From positions 10,922,581 to 10,986,580 of the forward strand of contig OZ037767.1 of NCBI GenBank assembly GCA_964035545.1: a DNA stretch of 64,000 nucleotides, given 5' to 3'. The position numbers were made by a program, and so were the translations under genes. Of the stretch, positions 43,901-56,775 are shown one piece after another. Within the stretch, counting starts at the first letter, position 1; each line of letters begins with the position of its first letter. The notes below the pieces were generated by a model. It worked only from the letters and a program-made list of their open reading frames with translations, searched no databases and was not told the DNA's origin. This stretch comes from Bugula neritina (Eukaryota; Animalia; Bryozoa).

Positions 43901-45509
43901 CATCTTTTAGATCTTATAATTGAGGCTTGTTTCAGGAATTTTGGAAACGAAACAAAATATCAAATGTATTTATGACAATATTTCAAGGCTATCAGCCAAC
44001 AAGAAAGTCATTTTCACCAACCGCTATTAATTATAGCAGCTGTTGAAACTTTGTTGCAGCTGTGTCAGCAATTTGATTTGGTAATCAACTGCAGTGGACT
44101 GGGTGCTGGGGAACTGGTAGATGATCATGATGTTTTACCTGTCAAAGGTCAGGTCATCAAGGTATACACTATACATTTGCTTTTCTTGGACCAAATTCTC
44201 TAAACTTTTAGCTATGGGGTTACTGGTGTCAAGACTTTTCCAGCAAATACGTAAGGGTTCAAGCAAAATCAGTAAAAGTTATATAAGAGGAGTTATGCTT
44301 CTTGGCCAAATCATGCAAATCTAAACTATTTTTCTGCAAAACACAGTTGATTCAACTTCTTGAACAGCGTTTTCAAAGCCGGCACTGATGAGGAAACCAG
44401 AAAAATATCTCCTTTTTAGTTGATTTATCTTTTCAAATAAGTTTGAACTACTGGATTCTTCATTTGTATATATGTTTTAATATTTGTAACTGAACTGAAT
44501 CTCCCATAGCTATTTCAAAGTTTTAGAAGATTTTTAAATCTACTTGTAAAAATAATGGCATTAAAATACTTGGTAAAAGGGAATGTCTAAAAATTTAGGC
44601 TATTGAAGTCAACATTATAGGGTGGGACTCAAGTATTAATTTTTAGAGATCTTTGCAAGCGCACAATGACTCGTGACTTGAAGTAAACACCTTTATCGTC
44701 ATTTTTTTTACTAATTTTACTTTCAGGTAAAAGATGTTAATGCAGTGAGATTTAAGCACTGCTTGTTTAATGAGGATAGAAGTGAGACTTATGTAATCCC
44801 AGGGTAGGTATGTTACCCGATTTCCTACTGTCTTTTGCAGTCTTATTGCCTCTCTTGATAATAACTTTAAAATATATATAACAGTTTCAGGAACACATTC
44901 AAGGTGTTTTCTCTATGTTGCGTTCATTAAATTTTAAACCCCCATTTCCACTATTTTGATTTCAGGATAAACACGACTACCTTGGGTGGAACGTATGAGT
45001 ATGGAGTTGGTGACAATAAAGTAGATGAAGGAGAACGAAAACGTATCATGGATATGTGTTGTTGGCTGGAGCCTGCACTCAAGGTTTCTATTATCCTGCA
45101 AATCTTGATGGTAAAACTTATCTTTTCCATGTTTATAGATTATGGGTAGAAATTACATTTTTTCCAATTGTGTGTTTTTAGAATTGTACAGTAGAGAAAG
45201 ACTGGGTGGGTCTAAGACCTGCAAGAAAAAGTGGAATCCGTCTGGAAGTGGATTCTACATATCACTCAACTGTTAAGGTATTACTATGGTGATATATACT
45301 ACACTACTCAACGGTTAAAGTACTATACTATGTGATATATATACTACGCTACCCAACCGTCAATGTATTATCATTGTCTTTTGAAGGTGATACACAACTA
45401 TGGCCATGGAGGTATAGGGGTGACATTGCACTGGGGGTGTGCGGCAGAAGTTGTTACCAAGGCTATAGAGTCGCTTCACATAACGTATAAACTTACATCT
45501 AAACTGTAA
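40959..45509 (+). CDS. D-amino-acid oxidase / D-aspartate oxidase family flavoenzyme, peroxisomal
   Basis: Exons 40959-41054, 41168-41271, 41454-41571, 42500-42645, 43252-43306, 44060-44161, 44727-44803, 44966-45083, 45182-45277, 45387-45509. Motifs VVVGAGISG (FAD), [49 protein letters not shown] and C-terminal SKL* (PTS1). Confidence 0.95.
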
Positions 45510-48215
45510 ATTTTCTAAATAATTGTTTATATTTTGTTCTGTTACAAGCCAAGCTCTACAAATTGATATGAGCGTGTCTAGACAGCTATGTTATTCGCTT
45601 GTTTTGGTATCCTTTAAACACATCATTTTCATATTTTTATTAGTACTTTATGCTATTGTAATCGAAAATTTGTCTTACAATTTTAAATTTTTATTTACAT
45701 TTTTTTATCTTACACAGTATTATATTATAAAACTTTTTTCTAGTTCAAGGCTCATTGTGTCCTGTATAATATGTTTATGCTTCAGCAAGTTATACTCTTG
45801 ACCCAATGGTAGGTGGCAGAAGGACAGTTTGTTTGTCAACTTTGGGTTGTTCTCAAGATGTAAATAACCAAATTATAATTTTAATCTAATCCAATTGAAA
45901 TAAACAGCTTTTGCTATAACATTTATTTAAACAGCTGAATTTATAGTTGATGTTTCATACTGGCCAAAACAATATTTATGGTAGTGTCAACATTTCTCTG
46001 TTTTGCAACCATTATTAAGCATCTAGTTATGGAAGGCATATTAGGTATATATTATATAGCTGGGTTATGTTCATAATGTCATTTATGTTTACTAGAAACA
46101 TAAATTATTGGAATGGCTACTATTTCTGACAGAGACTGGTTAAAAATCTAATGCACTGTTGTAAGGAAAATGCAAACTAATGTGTACTTCATTGTTTTTC
46201 ACTGCTTACATTTGCACTGTCTAAAACTGACCTTCATATACAGGAAAATACAGAAAAGCATAATTAATACAATAAATATCAAAAGAATTTGGTAAGTACC
46301 TATATAGCAGAGATAAACCAAAATGGCAGCCGGAAATTTTGGTTCCTAGTTGCAGCTGTTCATATGTTCAAGAATTAATAATCATAATGTACTGAGTTGA
46401 GAGCATTACTAATGCCTCTCTTATTATATAATCAAAAGTTCAACTGAAAATATTGTGTCAAAAATGTAGGAATTGGTCCATGAAACATTCAAAAAGTCAG
46501 AAAACCACTCGGCATGTTGGAAGCATAAAACAGCATTTAGGAGTGTGTAATCACCTACAAGCTAGCAACTCAGTTAGCTAAAACATTACTTAGAGAGTTC
46601 ACAATAACTCTACATGCGGATTTCTATCGTAACAACTTGTCAGCAAAAAGCATGCAGTTGATATTAAAATATATCAGATTTCCTTAGATGTAATATATTA
46701 TTATGATACCATGCGCTACTCCTATAGCCTGAGTGTTGCGATAAAATACAAGTGAGAGTTATCTTCCGGATCCATGGCTACACAGGTGAAGTATCACAGC
46801 TATGCCATTGGTTTGTAACCCAGTTCTATTGCTTTATCTTCTGTCATGGTAATGGCAAGCGAAGGCACTATCAGTCTGTGTATAGCATATTATATTGAAA
46901 GAGTAATTAGAATTATGAATCTATATTAATAGTGTAGTGAATTTTAGGCACCACTGTGTTTTTCCTCAGTTTTCAGGACACTACTTGACATTCCTCATCA
47001 ATCATCCCTACCTACAGTCAGTATAACGTAATCCTCAGACTACATACCTGACTCCTGATTGGCCACTCAGCCTGATGCCTTGAGGCCTTGACTGTAATAA
47101 CACGATAGCATTTAATAGTGATAAAAGAACTGTAATGCAAGGGGCCAATCAGGGAACGCTATGCAACAATATAATATGAGGACATCAACCAAAGTACACA
47201 ATTGTCTACTTTCTTTCAACTGTGAAGGCATTTTCTTTAGCCTACAGGATGCTCTACAGTTGAATTTGTGGTTTCGGTTTGCATGAACTTATGGTTGTGG
47301 TTTCGTTGAGGCAAATGGTGTCTAAAAACTGAACTGAAAATTGGAAAAAAATTACATCTCAAAGTAAACTAAAGCAGGCAAAATAATATTCAAAATAAGC
47401 TGGTTTTTAAATACTAAACACCATAACAAGTAGCCTAAAGACAACATTCAGCAAAATATTGATGGCATAAGGTATTTTAACGTAAACTGTGTTCTGTAGA
47501 TATTATTAGTGCATTTTGAGTTTCAGATTATAGTTAGGGAATCAGACATACTAATAAAACTATGTCTTTCTCTAGACTTTGATGTGCCACAGCAAATAAG
47601 TTGAAATAACTACATTTATTTTATGTGTACATTCAGCTTACTCATAAGGTATCTTTCAAGTATGAATCTTTATGAAATAAATTGGGCTTCATTTTTAGTT
47701 ATACAATTTATTGATTCCATCTACTGGAACTATTAGTTTACCAGCAACATTTCTAAACACACTGGCAGTCATGGTTCTCACACTTCTAAAGCTAGAAATA
47801 TCTCCCACTGTATGAATGCTTATATGTAAGAATTAAAGCTGAAAATTTGAATGACACTATAAAATGTCTTCGAACTTGCAGATGCTATGTGTATCACCTT
47901 TTTAAAAAGAATTTACTACATAATACCTTTGACTTTACATAATACATTTCAACTATATAACATATTTTAACTTTACACCATACATTTTAACTTTTTGCAT
48001 AAAATCTTTTGAACAATAAAACACCGAGCATTACAATATTACCATAATAGAATTTGGAATTCTTAAAACATTACATTATCAAAATAATAAAGTCTGAAAC
48101 TTTAAAACCTTGTCAAACTTTGACAACCCCCTCCCCCCGCCCCCTCCCCTTTGTATACATTGTCACAGTTAAAGAATACTGAGGACGCCCCTGTTAGGAG
48201 CATGCAGGAACTAAC

Positions 48216-50159
48216 TCAGGTGCGAGCAGCACGTCTCTTCCGCAGTAAGCGATGTAGACGGAGTAGTTCAAAATTGGTGCGAAGTATGTCTTGAGAAAGC
48301 CGGCAGAGCCTCTTCTCTAGTTTTGACACTTTTACTTCGATGTCATAATCCAGGGTATCTGTAGGTTCGTGATTTGTAGCCTTACTACACATTCGTTCTT
48401 TCTGCATAGAGAGTGATGCAGAGGGTGACAAAGACATGCTATGCTGGGATTGTGGAACCGGCTCTTTGATTGTACAGGGTTCTATCACTCTCGGTCTAGG
48501 TACAGAAGACGATGTGGAAAGGGAAGGAAGACTAGGTGAGCTGGGTGAGAGAACGGCTTGATCATGGCCACTTTCTATTACAGGCCGTGTTTTGGGAAAC
48601 CCTTGCAGAAGTAGCTTTTTCTGATTCTGATCAGTTACATGAGGGAGAATAAGCTCACGAAATTCCAAGAAACACTCCCTGTCTACCTCGAATGCTCTGC
48701 CAGCATAGCACTTTTTCGTCCGCTGATGCCGTAATATGTAATCCCGCTGAAAGCTGAAGACACCACACGGGCAGAAAGTGTTAGTGAAGTGCTGACGCAC
48801 ATGCAATCTGAGCTTTTTATGGGTAGTGAATGTCCCTTCACACTCGGCACACGATTTGTTGGTGTTTGGCCCACAAATGGCTTGGATCAGGGTACGTGTT
48901 TGCCGAGACGTCCAGTATAGCCGCGCAACTAGGACATGGGGAAGTTTCAATGAGTCTTTACAGTGGACGCCTGAATTCACAACAATAGTTAGCAGCTGGC
49001 ATCAGTATATAAATGATATATAAAGCCACTAGCCATCACAATTGTCACATGGCACATGTTCAAATTTGACTTTGTTAATAAAACCTGCATATTGTAAGTC
49101 AAAAAGTTGCAGTATAATCTTTTAAAAAAGTCAATAAGGATTTAAATTTAGCAAACAAAATAATAAAAACACATCTTTTATTGAAAAAAAAAAAAATTTC
49201 AATTGGTATCTATTCGAGCTGTAACAGAACATTTGATTTATGAATATAAGACAGCATAAATTCAGATATTTAATCTTCAATAATGATACTGAGCTGTACA
49301 GTTATTAGGTGCTGAATATATAAGTGAGACTATCAGATTTAGTACAACTATAAGTCGCCTCAAAAATTACCTTTCTCAACAACTTCCTCCTGACCATCAA
49401 ACGATGTAACTGAATTGGAGTTGTCTGCTTCTTCCTCTCTACGCTCAAAATACTCCACTTTAACGTCTAAAGAAAGTCATCTTAAAACAACAAAAATGTT
49501 GGAAACTTCCTTACACGCATTGCATTTCTCAAGCACAAATAATTTTTTTTCTTTCGATCAATGCGATGTAAACATCAACATTTATATTTTATCATAAAAA
49601 GGGAAAATAAGAAAACCTTCACTATATCTGCGCCACTAGACACTACGCACAAACAGCACAAGATACCACATGATTACTAACCATTTGGTAGTTCAACTTC
49701 TTCATTATACACATTAATAGATTCAAGTGTAGTGTTTACTCTTTCTACAGAAATATAGACATACTATACAATGTATACTATTAAAGTACCTACTAGGTGT
49801 GAATCTCAGCCTAGGAGAAAACTTAACCGGGCTTTGAAACAGCAAGTTGCTGCTAAAATTTGAGAAGCACAGACCACATTAAACTAAGACTCGGTTTTAC
49901 TCAAAAGCACCTTAAAATTGGAAAAACTCTGTAACTAAAATTTATATTGCCAGGAAAATATATGGACAGTGATTCAATAATTATATTCAAGTCGCAACTT
50001 TCAGGTCAAAACCTATCTTTAAAAGATATAAAATATTTTCAACTAGCGAGCCATATATTTACTCATAATAGCTAATACATCATTATATAAATTCATGATA
50101 CAAAACTACTGACCATCACAAATGTCATAAGGTACAGGTTCAGTCTTGACTTTGTTCAT
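48216..50159 (-). CDS. Zinc-finger (C2H2 + C2HC) / coiled-coil protein, about 298 aa, related to an LTR-retrotransposon accessory ORF
   Basis: Exons 50159-50114 (MNKVKTEPVPYDICD), 49466-49371 (DVKVEYFERREEE...) and 48970-48216, all joined in phase 1 by GT-AG introns. CAEC-x12-H-x3-H, then CPC-x12-H-x5-C, a Ser/Pro linker, and a C-terminal heptad/basic helix. Confidence 0.72.
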
Positions 50160-50699
50160 AGTTGTATCAAGTCACTGGGAGTAACAACGCAAAGTCTGAT
50201 TTCGGTTTCGTATCTTTACTGCTATAATTACAAATGCACCCAGTTTTGATGATATACTGATTTTGTATTGTTGCACTACCATATTTCATATCTGTACTTA
50301 GTGCATCTGTTAGCATTTTGTTGTAGATGTTCATAAATGTCTTGAGTGAACCTTATAATATACATCATTAAAGATCATATCTCACAACTAGACAATTTTT
50401 ATAATTACTCACCCATAAACAATACAATAACCATTTTCAATATAACAAGATATAAACACTCAGAAAGATACAATTATAATATCATTACAATTAAAACAAG
50501 ACCAAATAAATCCTAACCATAAAAACAGTACTCTTAATATTCCTGAGTGCATGCAAATGTGGAAATGTTGAATTATGACTTTACTTACTATAAAACCAGC
50601 ATTGCTATGACCGTAATTATATTACTAAAGTTGCTGTTATGATTCAATATTAGTATGAAAATATTATTGATATACTTAAAAAAACTCAAACAAACTGAT

Positions 50700-53600
50700 A
50701 AATTGGGGGCATTCCTGGGACTGGTAGGGTACTACGGACAGTACATTGTAAGATTCGCAGGGATGGCACAGCCTTTGAATTGGCCAACTGCCAAGGGGTC
50801 CAGCGAGTAAAACATAAACACGGACACAAATGACCACAGAGTGAGGACTGTGTAGTCCCAAGTACAGCGTGGAACAGAGGTGGTAGCGGTTTATTACAAA
50901 AAAGGCGCTCTCGACATCCGAGAAAAACTGCTGCATCACCAGGAAGAAACTCCTAGCAGTAGGAAAGGCTATCAAGCTCTTCTGGCCGAATCTGTAAAAA
51001 AAATATTCAGGTTACCAACTGACCATAGATCGCTGATATGGCTGTGTAAATGTGCTGAACCCTCTAGTCTGGTGGCCCGTGGGCTAGCGATCCTTGCTGA
51101 GTTCTCCTACCGGATTGAACACCGTGCTGATAAGAAGGAGAACTGTAAGCAGTGCCCGCACATGAAATATAGGGATGGGGGCCGAGTTGCTTGATATCAA
51201 GGGTCAACTGAGGAAGGCTGGACCCTTTAGCAAGGATCAGGGCTTTTAAGGTTCAAAGGTCACCCTGACGCTGTCAACGCTTTCTTTGCCAGTTCCACTC
51301 TGTCTCTAAATGTCAAGAAGCTGTGCCGACTTCAGCAGACGCTGTCCGGCATTGTGGCTGACATCTGATTCAATTAGAATATGTCACCAAAAGAGGGAAT
51401 GAGTACTCTTTTGCTCACCCTCTGAGAGCTGATCTGGGAAACCCATAAACAGTCCAATGCAGGGGTCAGTCAGGTGATCAGATGTCTCTAGCTGCGGTGG
51501 TATTGACCCAGAATGACTCAGGACATGCAAGTGAGATCTGTAAGGCCAGCAAGCATACCTGTTCCCACAAGGTGACACCAGTTCTACACTGGCCGCCCGT
51601 GGTAGATAGTGACTGTGAACCTGGTAGGACCCATGCCGTTATCCGTCAGAGGTAGCACCTGGATGCTGGTGCTCATGGAAAATTTACCTGGTAGGAGAGA
51701 CGCCTTAGCTATTTTAAGTGCGTCAGCTCCCACACTCAGAGGAGTTCTCGCTATACCAAGTTGGGGGTTGTGTCTGGATGGTCAGCAATCCTAGCATGGC
51801 AGATAGTAAGCTAAATTTAAGCCCAAATTCATTCGACTACTGCGTCTTGGCGGCTCTGCCTAACTACACTTATCGTGTGGAACGCTCCGGGCAAATTTCT
51901 GTCTAGAGTAGGAAGCGGCTAAATCTGTATTGAGCCAGCCTCCATGTTGCTGGACAGGTCTCCCTATTGCTTGAGCCGGTCCGTCGACCAATCTTACAAT
52001 GGAGTGCAGCCTTGCCAGAAGAATGAGAGAATACTGTCAACAGGCCAGACAACACCTCTGATGAATGGACACCGCCTCCTCCACCCAGACTCCTGAATTA
52101 TAGGCCACCACAACCAGTCTCGACAGCACTGAGAGTAAAGGATATACCTACCCTAAAGGTGGGCAAAGGCAAAGTCACCCATGCTGTGCAAACCATAGAG
52201 CACCCCACCAAACGCCTCCTTTGGCCCTGTGGGTAGCTAGTGCGTCTAAATGCCCCCAGATACCTCACCGAATACCACGGCAGCTACCTGGAGTGGGAGC
52301 TCCAGAAGGTTATACGGAGAGGAGCACCTTATATTGCAGGGAACGACCCCTAAGCAATCAGGAAGTGGGCAGATGTCACAGGAACGAGAGGCTCCTTTGG
52401 ACGCAGAGAGATTGCCTCTGAAAATGGGAGACAACTTCAAAAAATTGGACGAGTGGACATAGGGGGTACATGGTTGGAAAAACCTAGAAAATTTCCCGCT
52501 ATCACCTTTCAACACGAGGTTCGGCCATTTTCAATCCAACCGTGGACTTGAGCAGGTGTCTTATTAATAAGCTAATGAATTAAAACATAGGAGAAGCAAA
52601 CAACATGGAGACTAATAAATACTAGGCCGCACTACAAGGTGCGTTACTAGAATTAGAACCTCCAGTATCGAAGTACAACCCGACAACTCCTACTAGTATT
52701 AAGGCAAATTCTCTGAAGAGAATGGAGACGAAGGGCCTGTTGAGACACATGTCTGCCTGTGTGAAACTGGTAGTGGAACCTCTGAACAACTACCTGCTAA
52801 ATCAGAAAATCGGGATGACACCCCCTAGCCCAAGAAGCCTTTCCATTTCCCGATAGACCCCGTACAAAAAAATTTCGAATTTTGGAATGCAAAATAGCCC
52901 AGTTACCAAAGAAAATGGTCAGCATAGGCCTGTTCTGCATATTGTAGAAGACAGCGACACTAAAGTCTTTACCAGGCCCGAAGTCGAGACTCTACATGAC
53001 TACGATCCTACACCAAATGCTTATAGGCCTGCTACCGAACACGTCGACATTGAATTGTTCTGGGGAAGCAGCGAACATTCGGAGCCCTGTGGAGGCCAGT
53101 TTTGTTGGAGATGAAGACACTGACGGGCTAGAGCTGCCACGGGTCTTAGATTCGAGGGAGCAATGAACCAGTAATGAGACAAGTCAACACATTGAAGAGG
53201 CCTGTGGTGGGCAGAGCAACACCCAGTGCTGTGTCAGTGTGAGCATACATTCTCCTCACTTTCAAGTGCATGTCCTTCAACACTACACCAATGTCTTATG
53301 CCCGTGTGGAGAGTTCAGCTATTAGTGGGACTATGTGCTGAAGTATCAGCGCATAGCCCGCTTCCAAACGACAGAAACATTTGTTGTTGATTTCGCCAGC
53401 TGCCGCCAGTTTGGCAACCACATTTTGCAACAGGTAGAAGACAATTTTATATAAAAATGGCACCGGTAAAATGGCACAGGTAAAAATTTGACAGTAAAAA
53501 ATGACACTGGTAATAAGGGCACAAATGGAAAAGTGGGAAAAAATGGCACACTGATGTAAAATTTGCCCAACCCTCAAACTCAAATCCCGATTCCCAAACC

Positions 53601-53840
53601 TAAACCCCCGTTCTAAACATCCAACCCAACCCCAAACTCTAATATTGAAAATGTGCCATTTTTTTCTCCTTTTCCATTTGCGTCCTTATTAACAGTGCCA
53701 TTATCACCTGTAACATTTTTACATATGCCACTTTTACTGGTGCCATTTTTACCAGACACCTTAAAGGACGCCCAGAAACGGGAATTGCTCTCTCTTGAGT
53801 TCCTCTATGTCGGCCAACCCGAGACAGGGAGGATGACGCC
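50700..53840 (+). mobile_element. Decayed Ty3/Gypsy LTR retrotransposon fragment (RNase H, integrase and zinc-finger ORF remnants)
   Basis: FRLPTDHRSLIWLCKCAEPSSLVARGLAILAEFSYRIEHR (RNase H end), VNLVGPMPLSVRGSTWMLVL (start of integrase core) and a stop-containing zinc-finger ORF at 53110-53442. Confidence 0.85.
53445..53760. mobile_element. Foldback/MITE-like element with long imperfect inverted arms and a telomere-like core
   Basis: AAAAATGGCACCGGTAAAATGGCA... versus ...TGCCACTTTTACTGGTGCCATTTTT; central (CCCAAA/CCTAAA)-like repeats; followed by TTAA. Confidence 0.75.
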
Positions 53841-54343
53841 GAGTGCCAGAGAGTACTTGTATATACTAGTAAGATATTTCCAATATCTAGGCAGTACAAG
53901 ACTGGGAGCGTTCATCAACTACTACTGCTATTTATCACTTTTACGGACCAACTGGGCAAAACCGCGCCTGGGTTCTTTTTATAGGAGGCGCTCTAATAAA
54001 GTACTAGTTAACTGGCAATCTGTTTTAACTCTCATAACAAACGGGTTTATGTTCTCATCAGCTCAGTTTCATTGACAACCCACAAAATTATCCCAGTATA
54101 ACTATGAATATTCATTTAATCAGAGTAGTAATTATTGATAATGTTTAGAAACCGATAAGATCAACGGTCACATAACATTACAATAAAATTAAGTACCTAT
54201 TTATAGAGTTATATTAATATTGCTAGTGCAGCTCTAGCACTAGACCTAGTATGAAAAAACATTGCACAAATGATCAATTGAATAATAAAGTTTAAAATGA
54301 CAGACCATTGCCATAACTCACTTAATAACTGTAACTAGCGTGT

Positions 54344-54549
54344 TGTAGTGAGTCATGCAATGTACTAATATGAGAATCATCCTCTCTCCGTTCTGGGAAT
54401 ACTAAGGCCCCTATGTAGTAACCAATCAGCAGCACCGGAAGATATGCTTCCGACTCATGTGACAATTCCCGGGCAATTGACAATGATCACGTTGTTGTAA
54501 GAGAGGGCTTGAAGTAGAAACATGTGTTAGTAGTGACTGAATTACTACA
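54344..54549 (+). repeat. 5' LTR (internally deleted)
   Basis: Near-identical to 59239-59435 and then jumps directly to the terminal ATTACTACA. Confidence 0.92.
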
Positions 54550-54569
54550 GTGGTGGCAGCAGTGGGATC

Positions 54570-55470
54570 TTGCGTATAACAGTCGTGGCAGAAGACGGTA
54601 CGGAGCTACCCATTCCACTGAATAAAGGTGAGGAAGATAATGTTGATATACCTGTGGAACCAGTAGTGTTAGAAAAAGTAAGAATCCCTAGAGAGCCCGG
54701 TGAGGATAGATACCGGCTGAAGGCGCCCACCTTCACAGGCGAGGAAGCCGTAGAGCAATTTATCCAGGATTTCCAAGATGTGATGGAAGTTGCACGGTGG
54801 CCACCAAGGGTGGCGTTGCTCAAACTCAGGATGGCGCTGACGGACAAGGCTAAGCCATATGGAGCGGGATCTGACATAGACGGGATCTTTGCTTCTCTGC
54901 GAGCCCGTTTTGGTATCTCCGCCATAGATGCGCGGGCCCGCCTACAAAGGCTGCGGCGTGATCCTCACACGCCGCTGCAGAAGCATGCTACCACGGTGAT
55001 GACACTAGCGCAGATCGCGTTCCGCGATCTGCCTCAAGCGAACCGTGAGAGGTATACTTATGATGCCTTCGTGCAGTCCATCAACGACTTGGGGCTCCAC
55101 CATCAGTTCCAAGCAAGGGGAGTCGCCACGGTCGAGGATGCACTCGCGGTGGGAGAAGCCTACCTTTTGGCGACTCACAAGCACCACAACTGCGTGGCCT
55201 CCCGCCAGGTGGCCACGGAGCACACTACTGCTCATACTGAACCAATGCGGAACCCTCCGCGGTAGCTAATGTGACCCAGATGTCGGTAGCATCGAAAGTT
55301 GCACAGATGACTGACATGCTAGCCAATCTGGTCGCCACATTAGCTCCCCAAGCCAGGTAGATACCGCCCGTGAGCCTTGCGGGCCGCAGGTACAATCACC
55401 AGGCACGGGGCATAACTTCTGCTGGGGACGCGGAAGGCCAGGACATTTCTAGAAGAACTGCCCCCAACTC
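54570..55470 (+). pseudogene. gag: gag (capsid-like) with a decayed CCHC knuckle
   Basis: ORF 54570-55265 (LKAPTFTGEEAVEQFIQDF...LRARFG...ARARLQRLRR); downstream FCWGRGRPGHF*KNCP lies after frameshifts and a stop. Confidence 0.8.
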
Positions 55471-55675
55471 CAACAAGGGTTAAACTACCACGGCCCGCAG
55501 ATGTTCCCACTTCCTGCGGGCCGCCGGTAAATCACCCAAGGAGGACAACGCGTCTGCCGCCCCGCTGGGCGCCACGCGGAGATGCTGTGAAGTGGCGACC
55601 CCCACGGCAAGTAGGCTGCTCAAGCCACTCGCCACCTGGGTCCTCTAAGCCACTCCAACAGGATCCGACAGACAG

Positions 55676-56524
55676 TTGATCTCAGAGCCTGCGAGGGAAA
55701 CGGTACAGGCGCCGCAAGGCGTACCGCCCCAACCTCGGCAGCTGGTCAATAGTCGTCGCCAACTGTGGACCCCTCGACCCACAGCGAGAGAGGTGCAACC
55801 ACGACACACACAGATGCAGCCACACGGAAGTAGCTACTTCCTGCCAGGAAAGCTAGCTGGCAAGCCTGCCATTTTCCTTCTGGACTCAGGCTGCACCACC
55901 AACCTCCTTAGCCGTCAGTTCTTTGACACCCTCAGCGCTAAGGTCAGGGACGGTCTGGCACCGTATGAAGGGGACCATGGCACCCTGGCAGACGGGTCGT
56001 GCATTCCCTTCTACGGCAATATTGAGCTGACTGGTTACATCCGTAACCAGGCCATCCGGGAGACGTTTATCGTCGGACAGCTCAACGAGGATGCTATCCT
56101 CGAGATGCCATTTTTACAACGACACGGATGTCGCATCGATTTCAGTAAATCTGCGATGATCATGGGCGACAGGGAGCTCGCCTGTGTCAATAAGTTTGGT
56201 CGTCCTCTAGCGGGAGGAGTGCAGGTAGTACGGAGCTGTACGATACCAGGCCACTCCCGGGCTACCGTCCGCTGCAAAGTAGACGGTAGCCAGACCTCTA
56301 GGTTGGGAGTTGTCGAAAGTACGCACTCAAGAATCCAACTTGCCCATAGCTTTAGCTGGCTTACGGGACAAGGAGAGATCTCAGTGCAGTGCGTCAACCC
56401 TTCCTCAGAGACGGGAGACCTACCACCCAGGTCCATGCTGGGCCGCTTCCATCCTGTCCAGGAGGAAGCCATTGGGCCGTCGTCGGGAGCTACGACGGAA
56501 GGTCCTCAGCAGAGCCCGTCTTAA
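55676..56524 (+). CDS. Retrotransposon aspartic protease region
   Basis: FLLDSGCTTNLL catalytic motif, LADGS flap and DAILEMPFL. Confidence 0.85.
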   Translation: MISEPARETVQAPQGVPPQPRQLVNSRRQLWTPRPTAREVQPRHTQMQPHGSSYFLPGKLAGKPAIFLLDSGCTTNLLSRQFFDTLSAKVRDGLAPYEGDHGTLADGSCIPFYGNIELTGYIRNQAIRETFIVGQLNEDAILEMPFLQRHGCRIDFSKSAMIMGDRELACVNKFGRPLAGGVQVVRSCTIPGHSRATVRCKVDGSQTSRLGVVESTHSRIQLAHSFSWLTGQGEISVQCVNPSSETGDLPPRSMLGRFHPVQEEAIGPSSGATTEGPQQSPS

Positions 56525-56775
56525 GGGCGGAGGACCGCCCCAACCCACGCCTCCCATCCTCCAGGGACGCGTGGCTAAACAGGCAACGGAAAGCGCCATG
56601 CTATGGCTATGTTGCCACACAGGTACAGTGAGGCGCCCCGCCACACAGACCATGGCGCCCGCCTAAATAGAGTGGGCCGTCGTGAGGTACCACGGGTGGC
56701 GAAGACCGCCCCTACTCGGCAGCCCACGAGGAGGTTGGGCCGAAGAAGAAGAGCAGAGTTCCCCCGCGGTCCTCG

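Noticed and set aside
44378-44415. CTGATGAGGAAACCAGAAA, a second hammerhead-like core in a DAO intron
   Set aside because: Stems I and III cannot be formed and there is no NUH in register; at most a decayed remnant.
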